A DNA stretch of 64,000 nucleotides from Mobula hypostoma (taxonomy: Eukaryota). Below, in pieces: positions 12,001 through 24,000 of this stretch (positions are counted from its first letter, which is position 1; every line of letters starts with the position of its first letter). The notes below the pieces were generated by a model. The model saw only the letters and a list, made by a program, of their open reading frames with translations, did no database searches and had not been told where the DNA came from. The DNA is taken from the NCBI RefSeq assembly GCF_963921235.1, contig NC_086097.1:181104001-181168000 (forward strand), written 5' to 3'. The translations under genes and the position numbers were made by a program.

Positions 12001-15000
12001 AGGCAAAAGTAAACACACACAGCGGAGGTGCACCGCACCAAAAAACCTCAGTCCTCACCCTGTAAGAAAGCCAATACAGGGCCCCATATCCTTTCAAAGA
12101 TGTCCCCTCTGTCCTCATTACATAGTCTCAGTCTCTCCAAATGTAAAGTATTTGGGGAGGTTTGCTAAGGCTGTTGGGGAGAGTTTAAACTAGAATTGCT
12201 GGGGGGTGGGAACCAAACTGAAGAGACGGAGGAAAGGCGGTTGGCTCACAAATAGAGAAAGCTTGTAGGCTGTGTGAGAGGGAGGATAGGCAGGTGACAG
12301 AGAAGGGATGCACTCAGACTGATGGTTTGAGATGTGTCTATTTTAATGCAAGGAGTATTATGAACAAAGTAGATGAGCTTAGAGCGTGGATCAGTACTTG
12401 GAGTTATGATGTTGTGGCCATTACAGAGACTTGGACGGCTCAGGGGCAGGAATGGCTACTGAAAGTGCCAGGCTTTAGACGTTTCAGAAAGAACAAGGAG
12501 GGGAGGCAAAAGAGGTGGGGGCATAGCACTGCTGATCAGAGATAGTGTCATGGCTGCAGAAAAGGATGAAGTCATGGAGGGATTGTCAACTGAGTCTCTG
12601 TGGGTGGAAGTTAGAAACAGGAAGGGGTCAGTAAATCTACTGGGTGTTTTCTTATAGACCTCCCAATAGTAACAGGGACATCGAGGAGCAGATAGGGAGA
12701 CAGATTCTGGAACGGTACAATAATAACATGGTTGTCATGGTGAGAGATTTTAATTTCTGCAATATTGATTGGCATCTCCCTAGAGCAAGGGGTTCAGATG
12801 GGGTGGAGTTTGTTAGGTGTGTTCAGGAAGGTTTCTTGACACAATATGTAGATAAGCCTACAAGAGGAGAGGCTGTACTTGATCTGTTATTGGGAAATGA
12901 ACCCGGTCAGGCATCAGAGGTCTCTCTGGGAGAGCATTTTGGAGATAGTGATCACAATTCTATCTCCTTTACCATAGCATTGGAGAGGGATAGGAACAGA
13001 CAAGTTAGGAAAACATTTAATTGGAGTAAGGGGAAATATGAAGCTATCAGGCAGGAACTTGGAAGCATAAATTGGAAACAGATATTCTCAGGGAAACGTA
13101 TGGAAGAAATGTGGCAAATGTTCAGGGTATATTTACATGGGGTTCTGAGCAGGTACGCTCCAATGAGACATGGAAAGGATGTTAGGATACAGGATAAAGG
13201 ATGGTGTACAAAGGCTGTTGAAAATCTAGTCAAGAAGAAAAGAACTTTACGAAAGGTTCGAAAAACTAGGTAATGATAGAGATCTAGAAAATTATAAGGC
13301 TAACAGAAAGGAGCTTAAGAATGAAGTTAGGGGAGCTAGAATGTTCCATGAGAAGGCCTTGGCGAGCAGAATTAAGGAAAACCCCAAGGCATTCTACAAG
13401 TATATGAAGAGCAAGAGGATAAGGACGTGAGAGAATAGGACCAATCAAGTGTGACAGTGGAAAAGTGTGTATGGAACCGGAGGCGGTAGCAGAGGTACTT
13501 AATGAATACTTTGCTTCAATATTCACTATGGAAAAGGACCTTGGCGATTGTAGGAATGACTTACAGTGGACTGAAAAGCTTGAGCATGTAGATATTAAGA
13601 AAGAGGATGTGCCGGAGCCTTTGGAAAGCATCAAGTTGGATAAGTCGCGGGACCAGATGAGATGTACCCCAGGCTACTGTGGGAGGCGAGGGAGGAGATT
13701 GCTGAGCCTCTGGAGATGATCTTTGCATCATCAATGGGGACGGGTGAGGTTCCGGAGGATTGGAGGGTTGCGGATGTTGTTCCTTCTGTTCAAGAAAGGG
13801 AGTAGAGATAGCCCAGGAAATTTATAGACCAGTGAGTCTTACTTCAGTGGTTGGTAAGTTGATGGAGAAGAACCTGAGAGGCAGGTTTGATGAACATTTG
13901 GAGAGGTATAATATGATTAGGAATAGTCAGCATGGCTTTGTCAAGGGCAGGTGGTTCCTTACGAGCCTGATTGAATTTTTTAAGGATGTGATTAAACACA
14001 TTGATGAAGGAAGAGCAGTAGATGTAGTGTATATGGATTTCAGCAAGGCATTTGATAAGGTACCCTATTGCAAGGCTTATTGAGAAAGTAAGGAGGCATG
14101 GGATCCAAGGGGACATTGCTTTGTGGATCTAGAACTGGCTTGCCCACAGAAGGCAAAGAGTGGTTGCAGACGGGTCATATTCTGCATGGAAGTTGGTGAC
14201 CAGTGGTGTGCCTCAGGGATCTGTTCTGGGACCCTTACTCTTTGTGATTTTTATAAATGACCTGGATGAGGAACTGGAGGGATGGGTTAGTAAATCTGCC
14301 GATGACACAAAGGTTGGGAGTGTTGAGGATAGTGTGGAGGGCTGTCAGAGGTTACAGTGGGACATTGATAGGATGCAAAACTGGGCTGAGAAGTGGCAGA
14401 TGGAATTCAACCCAGTTAAGTGTGAGGTGGTTCATTTTGGTAGGTCAAATATGATGGCAGAATATGGTATTAATAGTAAGACTCTTGGCAATGTGGAGGA
14501 TCAGAGGGATCTTGGGATCAGAGTCCATTGGACACTCGAAGCTGCTGTGCAGGTTGACTCTGTGGTTAAGAAAGCATACAGTGTATTGGCCTTCATCAAC
14601 CATGGGATTGAGTTAAAGAGCTGAGAGGTAATGTTACAGCTATATAGGACCCTGGTCAGACCCCACTTGGAGTACTGTGCTCAGTTCTGGGTCACCTCAC
14701 TCCAGGAAGGATGTGGAAACTGTAGAAAGGGTGCAGAGGAGATTTACAAAGATGTTGCCTGGATTGGGGAGCATGCCTTTTGAGAATAGGTTGAGTGAAC
14801 ATGGCCTTTTCTCCTTGGAACGACGGAAGATGAGAGGTGACCTGACAGAGATGTATAAGATGATGAGAGGCATTGATCATGTGGATAGTCAGAGGTTTTT
14901 TCCCCAGAGCTGAAATGGCTAACACAAGAGGGCACAGTTTTAAGGTGCTTGGAAGAAGGTACAGATGCGATGTCAGGGGTAAGTGTTTTTTTTTTACACA

Positions 15001-18000
15001 GAGAGTGCTGAGTGTGTGGAATAAGCTGCCAGCGATGGTGGTGGAGGCAGATATAATAGGGCCTTTTTAGGGACTTGGATAGGTACATGGAGCTTAGAAA
15101 AATAGATGGCTATGGGTAACCCTAGGTAATTTCTAAAGTAAGTACGTTCGGCACAGCTTTGTGGACTGAAGGGCCTGTATTGTGCTGTAGGTTTTCTAAG
15201 TTTCTACGTTCTGATCCAGGTCGATCGGAGTAGGCTGTTTAAATGGTTTCAGCATAGACTAGATGGGCCAAAAGGCCTGTTTCTATGCTGTACTTCTCTA
15301 TGAGTCTATAGGCACATGGATGAAAGAAAAATATAGGGCTATGTGGGTGGGAAGAATCAGATTGATTTTGGGGTCGGTTAAAAGGTACAAAAGTGCTTGT
15401 ATCGTTCTGTTTGATGTTTGCCCTGACAGGGATAAAAGACAACAGCTTCAGTTGCGCCAATATTTGGGCTGAAAAGATGGTGCTGGTAACACACAGTGAC
15501 TCTTTTCAGGCAGCAAACAAAACTATTAATAATTCTACTAAATATACCTTTTCGGGACTACGAACACTGCAATTTGCAGCCTGTAATATCCCACTGCATG
15601 GCAAGCTGAGCAAGGATTACCGCCCACGAGGAAGACCATACCTCCGCTACAGGGTAAGTGCCGCATGAAGTTGGATAGCATTGACCTCAACACATAGGAG
15701 GAAACAGTTGAAGATCGGACAGCATGGAGGGCCGCAGTCAAAAGTGGTGCACAACGTGCTGAGGTAGCAAGGACCAACATGCTCATCAATAAGAGAACTA
15801 GAAGAAAAGCCAAAGCTGCATCACCCAGAGCACCTTCCTCCTTCACCTGCAGCCACTGTGAAAGAGACTCTAGAAAGTGCAAACAGCTCCAAGTCTACAA
15901 CCCCAAGAACCATCAGAAAAGTGTCACACCATCGTCTTGCGAGACGTACTGATGCCGACAACAAATTTCCTGCTGGGAGGTATTCTTTTGAAATGTCTGT
16001 GTGACCTGGCATTTTTGTAGTATACTGAAATATTCAGAGAACTGGACTCTCAAGAATGCAGGTACAGCCATGGCAGCCATGGTTGGAGCAGAGTGGGGCT
16101 AGACTGAAGTGGCAGGGCCCAGGCCTGAGAGCGGATAATGACCAAAAGTTCGGCTGATTCAAGCTCCAAGCCAGGTTAAGAAGATTAAGGCATTGAGGCC
16201 GAGGGCAGAGGACAAACCAGTGTTCAGCTCACTACTCCGGAGGCTTTACTCACCTCAGCGCTGTACATACTCTGCAGCCACTGGCACTTGCCTCAGTGCA
16301 GAGCCTGGCTCCACAGCTGTGGCCTGCAGCCATCGAGCTCCTGGACCGGCTGCAGCACTGAACTGGCTCCGTGGCTGTGGACTTACTTTTAGGGACTCTG
16401 CAGTTCATTTTCTGTGGATTGTTTGTTTTTTATTATTGTTTGCATGATTTGTTCTTTCTTTTTCACACACAGGATGTATGACTGTCTTTGTGGTGTGGAG
16501 TTTTTCATGAATTCTATTGTGTTTCTTTGTTTTGTGGTTGCCTGCAAAAAGATATAGTATAGTACACATACTGTGATAATAAATGTACTTTGAATTTTGA
16601 AATTTCTCCTAGTGTTTTCAGATATATCAGAAGGAGGAAATGGTCAATGCCACTGATGAGTGATGAGAACAGTGTCCACATGAATAGGGATGCCATCACT
16701 GACGTGTGAATGTGTAGAACAGCTTAAGAAAAGTGATACTGGACAGATTACCCTCATCATCATGGTGCAGGACTGCATAAATTTGGGTAGAAAACTCTCA
16801 TTCATTTAATTTAGAGATACAGCACTGTAACAGGCCCAACAAACTGTGCTGCCCAATTACACTCACGTGATCAAATGATCTACTAATGTGGGAGGAAACT
16901 AAAGCACCTGGAGGAAATCAATGTGGTCACGGGGAGAACATACAAACACCTTCCAGACAGCAGTGGAATTGAACCTGCTCAATGGCACTATAATGGTATT
17001 ACATGAACTGCTATGCGACCACACTATCCCACTGTTGGAACTATTGGAAATATTCAGGAGTTCTGGGAGGGAGCAGGAGGGCTCCACCATGAATAAACAG
17101 GAAAGGGAGGCTGTAGATAGGATGGGAGTTGGCATAAATGGGGGTGGGGTGCAATGAGAGAACATAAGGAAAAGCGGGATCTAAGGAGAGAATATCATTA
17201 ACAGTACCAGGTAAGATGGAAGCCAGCAGGAAAAGCTGGATGGTCAGTGGCTTGGACGGAATAGGGTGAGGCAAGAAGGAACCATGGCTCCTGGCTATCG
17301 ATATGAAACTGTCCTCACCTATTCCCGACTGTCCAACGATGGCCACCACCTTAGACGCAGGTAGGGTCAGGTTGAGCCCGTTCAGCACCAAGTGGCCAGG
17401 TCTAGTGGGATATCTATGGGAAGAAAGAGAAACTGTTTGATTTTATTTACAATGAAGCCTTGTCCATGTTATTTATGGCTCAAGGATTGGTGGTTGATGT
17501 GGCAGGTGGTTGACAGCAGACCATCAGAAATTTGCTTTGAGAATTTTGAGCCCATAATCAGGCCTGAAACCCCAGTGCTACACCAAAGCCTTATCCATCT
17601 TGTAAGAGAAACAGGAAATATTCCAGATTCTTCCTTGTGAATTAATCAAAGCTTATTTGTCAGCAACAGATTACATTCATTTTACAGATGCTGATGGGAC
17701 AATGCTCTGGTTGGCTGCTTCATTAGCAGTTCTCCCTCCTTAACCAGGTGAAAAGGATATTGGAGAAAAAACCTGTAGAGTTTAGAAATCTGAAACAAAA
17801 ATGGCTGGAAACACTCGGCAGGTGGAGTAGCATCAGTGGGGGGTGGGTGCGGGAGGAGGAACTGTGTGGATATTTCAGTTCAAGGAGCTCACACAGGAAG
17901 TGGAAAAGCATATCGCTGAGATGGAAAGGTGGAGAGGACAGAGGGAATGTTGCACAAGCAGAAAATTAAAGTTGTCACGGCAACAATTACTTTGAAAACT

Positions 18001-21000
18001 ACCAGATGGAGTTGAAGCCACGTCTATGTAGAGAGAAAGAGTGAGAATTTAAGCCCAAGGGTTTGTTTTACCCAGATGGAAAACAAGTGCTCTTCCTTGA
18101 GAAAACACTAGCATTACTGAAACAATGAAGGAGCCCAAAGGCAACATTAGTCTGGGTAAGAGCGCGGCAGAGAATTAAAGTGACAGAAGATTAGAACCTC
18201 ACAGACAGAACAGAGTTCTTCCCCCATTCAGATTCTTGAATGGTCCTCTCGTATACTAAGATATGAACTTGTGATCTCTCATTCTTACTCTCATTTGATT
18301 GTTTGCCTGCACTGTAACTGTAGCATAGCAGCTGGCATAATGCTTTACAGTGCCAGTGAGCAGCATTTAATTTCCTCTGTTCTTTGTAATAAGTTTGTTC
18401 ATTCTCCTCATAACTATGTGGGTTTCCTCTGGGTGCTCTGGTTTCCTCCCACATTCTAAAGATGTACAGTTAGGGTTAGTAAGTTGTGGGCAAGCTATGT
18501 TGGTGCTGGAAGCATGGCAACACTTGTGGACTGCCCCCAGCTCATCCTCAAACTGTGTTAGTTGTAGACTGTGAAATTAAACCTTTCACTGTATGTTTTG
18601 ATGTACTTGTGTCAAATAAAACTAATCTTTTATCTTTAAACACCACAGAGTCATGGAACCATACAGCACAGATACATGCCGCTCGACCCAAAGAATCCAT
18701 ACTGATAAAGCTGGCCAGCCAGCTAGTCCTAATTTCCCGCATTTAGCCTTCTGCACTCTGTTTTCCTTTTTACTTCTTCAACATACCTACGTAGGGAATG
18801 ATCTGTCTGGATGGTGCACAAAATTAAAGTTTTTCATTGTACGTGTGACAATAACAAACCAATTCCAATTCCCAGTGTTGGAATCTATATTTGGCCTGTA
18901 CACTGCAGGGGAGATGACTTCTTAATCATGAATGTAGTTGTAGGAAATAGAAGTGGTTCACCTGAAAGAACTTTTTCAGTCTCTGGGTAGTAGGAAGAAG
19001 GTAAAGGGGCATGTGTTCACAGAAAAGACCTAGAAGGAAAGTGGCTGGTGGAATTTTAATTCAATTGGAACGTTGGATGGGAAGAAGAGTGGATGTGGCT
19101 CCTGGTGGAATCCTGCTGGGAATTATCTGTGGAGTATCGAAGCTGATGGGGTAGAAGGTGAAGACAAGGAGAACTATCCTTCCTGTGGCTGGTAAGAGCG
19201 TTAAGAGCAAAAGTGCAGTAAACAGATTGGATATGGTTGATAGTTGTATGCTAGCAGGGAAACCAAAGTAAAGGAAGACTCAAGAAAGGAACGGCTGAGC
19301 CAACAGCTTTGTATCCAGACATTAGGATGTGGAAGGAAACCCTAGTACACCCAGGTGAAATCCATACAGTCACTGGGAGAACGTGTAAGCTCCACACAGA
19401 CAGCATTCAATATCTGGGTTGCTGGAATTGTGTGGCAACTGCACTATTTGCAGCATCACTCATACCCTTTCTGACTCTAACCCAAGCTGTGCTTGCTCTG
19501 GGTATGTTTGGTACAACAGTGTAGAGAAAGGTCCTGCATGGTATGTAGACATTCATAGATTGGGACATAGAACTTAGAAGTTGGAATGTTATATTGCAAC
19601 TTTACAAAATACAAGTCCAGAAGTTTAATGTACATGGGATCTAGTGTAAGCTGGCTAAACAAATCCAAAATTGGCTCAGTAGTATGTTGCAGAGAGTGGT
19701 ATTGGAAAGCTATTTTTCTGATTGGAAGTCTATGCCAGTATACAAGGCAGGGACTAATGCTGGGACCATTATTTTTGTGTTTTCTGTATATTCATGAGTT
19801 GGATGTTAAAGTAGGAGGTCTGAGTAGTAACTTCGCAGGGATACAAAATTGTGGATAGCAAAGAGGTTGTCTAAGGCTAGAGGAGGATATAGATAAGATG
19901 GAAACATGGCAGAGAGTTGGTGGATGGAATTTAATCCTTACGAAGATGAAGTGATATATCAAGGGAGGCCATTTAGTGATAGGACAAATACAGGAAATAG
20001 AACATTAAGGAACATTGACAAGTCCAAGTCCATGGTTCTTTAGAAGTGCTATCAAGGTGGTAAACAAGACATTTGGCATGCCTGCTTTTAAAGATTGGGA
20101 CATAGAATATGAAAGCTGAGATGTTATTTTGCCACTTTACAAAACACCGGTTAGACTGCAATTGGAGCAGTGTATGAAGTTCTGGTCACCACACCATAGG
20201 ATGGATGTGTTTCACTGAAGAGAGTGAAGTGGAGATTTACCAGGATGTTACCCCGGACTGGGGGACTTTAGTTCTCAAGAGAGACTGAATAGGCTGGTCT
20301 TGTTTTCCTTTGAACGAAGCAGATAAGGATGATCTGAAAGAGGTATGTCAGATTATGAGAAGTACACATAGGGTAGACATTCTAAATCCTTTTCCCACAA
20401 CTAGGATACGAAAACAAGACAACTCAGTGTTTAAGTTTAGGGAAAACAGTTTTAAATAGGATTTGGGAGGAAGTTCTTTTCCCCACGCTGCGAGTAGTTG
20501 ATACCTGGAACTCACTGCAGAGGATGTGGTGGAATCAGATACAATTGCTATGTTTAAGAGGTATTTAGACAGTCAGGATCAGGTTTATTATCACCAGCAT
20601 GTGTCATGAAATTTGTTAACTTAGCAGCAGCAGTTCAATGCAAAACATAATATAGAAGAAAAAAATAACAATAATAATAAATACGTAAATCAATTACTGT
20701 ATACACATACTGAATTGATTAAAAATCATGCAAAAACAGAAATAATATAAAAAAAAGTGAGGTAGTTTCAGCGTCTGAAATAGCCAAGGCATAGAAAGAT
20801 ACAGTCTTAATATGGGCAAATGGGATTAATGTAGAAGAATAAATGGGTTTGCATGGATGTGGTGGGCCAAAGGGCCTGTTTCTGTGCTCCACAACATTAT
20901 GAGTCCATGAAGCTATAATCTGTAAGTAATCCATACTGGACTTGACCATAGAGCATTTAATGACACAGAAATAAATGTAGAAGGAATGCCTAACTATGCA

Positions 21001-24000
21001 GTTGTTGCCTTTGCACATTTGAGAGTTCAGTGTGGAGTGAGCTTCCTCTCTATGTTGACATAGCATAGCAATATATTATTTCACTGTATGAAGATTTAAA
21101 TCTAACTTCTGTACAATAAAAGGAGGAGCAATTAGTGACACCCCACTTGAAGCCTGGGTGCAATATCCAATAATGAGTTAACCAATGACACCTTTAGCTG
21201 TTACACACCTGAATGTAACGTCATGGAACTGGACGTGCCCAACCAGAGCATCCGATGGGATCCGGTGCCCACCTTTTATCGGGATCGTTGGTTCTAACAT
21301 CAGGAACTCAAACACTCGGCTTCCAGAAGTCATTCCACGGATGATCTGGCAAACACAGGGAGAAGTGGGATCACAGTTGGGATTTTAGAATTACATTTAT
21401 TGGAGACGAAGAATGTTCCTTTAGACAAAATTAAGAATCTCTGGGAACAAGATTTACGGACATCAATATCTGAGGAAACTTGGAATGAAATTTTTTAACT
21501 GGTTATTACTATATTGTTATGTGCTCGCCATTCCCTCATACCATTTAAGGTACATAGAGCTTATATAACTAAGGATAAGCTATCTTGTTTTTATTCGGAT
21601 ATAGCTCCCTACTGTGACAGATGTAATAATGGAGAAGCTTCATTAATTCATATGTTTTGGACTTGCCCGAGTCTTGAAAAATATTGGAAAGAAGTTTTTC
21701 AAACTTTTTCTTTACTTTTCAAAGTCAATTTTAAGTTTAATCCTCTGACGACCCTATTTGGTATTGTTGCCGGACAAGATATCAACCTGAAGACATCTGA
21801 TTTACATATTTTGGCCTTTAGCTCTCTTATAGCTAGGAGGGCGCTATTGTTTAAATGGAAAGATGTTTCTCCTCCTACTCATGCTCAATGGTTGTATGAC
21901 GTTATGTCATGCTTAGATATAGAGAAGATTCGTTGTTCAATTTCTGAATCTCCTCAAGACTTTCAAACATTGTGGGGACCTTTTCTGAATTATTTTCAAA
22001 ACCTTCAATTCATTGTTTAAAATCAGATGTTGGCTATTATTATTTTTTATTATATGAGAAAGTATTTTACCTTTTTTTCCCTTAATAAACAGCTTCGGTC
22101 TTGGTAGGGGTTAGATTCTTTTTTTTGCAATAAATTAGTATATTTCAATATAACTATTGATTAACTTACATGAATACAGGGTAATGAGATTGTTATTATG
22201 GATAGATATAATGTAATTGGTAGTTTTTAAAAATATTTTTTGACCTTTTATATATACTTCCTTATACTCTGTATTCTTCTGTGTAGAAACTAATAAAAAA
22301 AAATTGGAAAGAATTACAGAATGGGGCTTGCAGACCAGTTGGAAGGAGGGAAGGAACAGTGTTAGTGTTACAGTCGGTGGTATATTTTAAAGACATCTGG
22401 GGTTCAGAGAAGCAGTGATATGGTAGGGGTGCAGTGTTAGGGTCTTGGTGTTGATTTAATATGTTGTGTATGAAGTGTGGCAGAGAGTCATTTATATTTG
22501 ACTGGGTTTCCAATATTAAGTGACAAGGTCAGGGGTAAAAGGACTCACCTGTCCAAAAGCGATAGAAATTTGTCCCAAGGACCTATATCAAGAGAAAGAA
22601 ATATTTACCTGAGAACCAGCAAAATCTATTTTATTTTGCACGGAACATGGACATTACTGCCAACATCAGCAATTATTTCCCATTCTTGAATGTTCCTCAG
22701 CTGAAGAGATGGTTTCAAGTACACTACATACGTGGGTCTGGAATCACAGATAAGGCAGACGAGATAGGGCAGTAGATTCCCCAGGATGCTGCCTGGACTA
22801 GGGGATATGAGCTACAATAAAGCTTGAACACACTAGGGTTGTTTTTTCCGGAGTGGCGAAGGCTGAGGGGAAACCTGACAGAAGTTTATTCAATTATGAG
22901 ATACATGGGTAGAGGGGAGAGTCAGAATCTTTTGCTCAGCATACGAGCAACAGTACCAGTAAATATTACTTCAAACTGGCATAACATTACAACAGAGAAG
23001 AGGAGGAATTCCTTCAGTCAGTTGGTGGACCTGTGGAAGTTATTGCCACAGATGGCAGTGGATGCCATGTCATTGAGTATATTTAAAGTAGAGGCTGACA
23101 GGTTTTTGATTAGTAAGGGAATCAGACATTACAGGAAGAAGACAGGAGAATGAGGTTCAGAGGGAAAGTGAATCAGCCATGATTGAATGGCAGAGCAGAT
23201 CAATGGGTCAAATGGCCTAATTCTGCTCCTGTATTCTGGTCTTAACAAGCATTAATGGATGAGATCTTTCATGTCAAAGCTGAGAACCTGAACCCAAGCC
23301 GCATAGGGACAACAGCTTACTGCCGATGCTACATCTGAAAATTCTGACCCATTCCCAAATAGGTTTGGATAGTGCTGAAATTCAAGTGCCAGAGGATAAA
23401 CGGGAAATGGTCAGTGCAAATCACCATCTATAGGTAGTGGCTCTCAATCCACTTGCTCTGGATAGAAATGGCAGCATTCCAGATCACCCACACTCCCCTC
23501 CCACCACAGTCCCAACCAACAGACCTCTGCACAGTCTGAGTTGCCACCAGAAATGACATCATGTCTCCAGCGTGTAGCTGTTCCTTTGCCATCAATGATC
23601 CACTGACACAGATCATCCCCAGAACCACACCTGCAAGAAACAACATTGGTGACATTTTATTGTACTTTAAAACAGAGAACAACTACTGGCATTAATATTC
23701 TGCCTTCACATAGATAATTGTTCTAAGCTATTTCACAAAGACACTTGCAAATTTCTATAGGTGTACCATGGAGAGCATTCCGGACATCCCACCTCTCCCG
23801 GAAGTTCCAGGAGTCTCCTGCATATTAATAGTGGCTCCCTGATGCCCACAAATTATATACAATGTCCCAGAAATCAATTTTTTTGAGAGCAAGCGAGAGC
23901 AAAAGGGAGAAAGTAGGAGAGAGCGACCATGAGAGAGAGATCGCGCGAGCGAGAGAGAGAGCAAGCGCAAGAGCGACTACGAGAGAGAGCGCGCGGGTGA

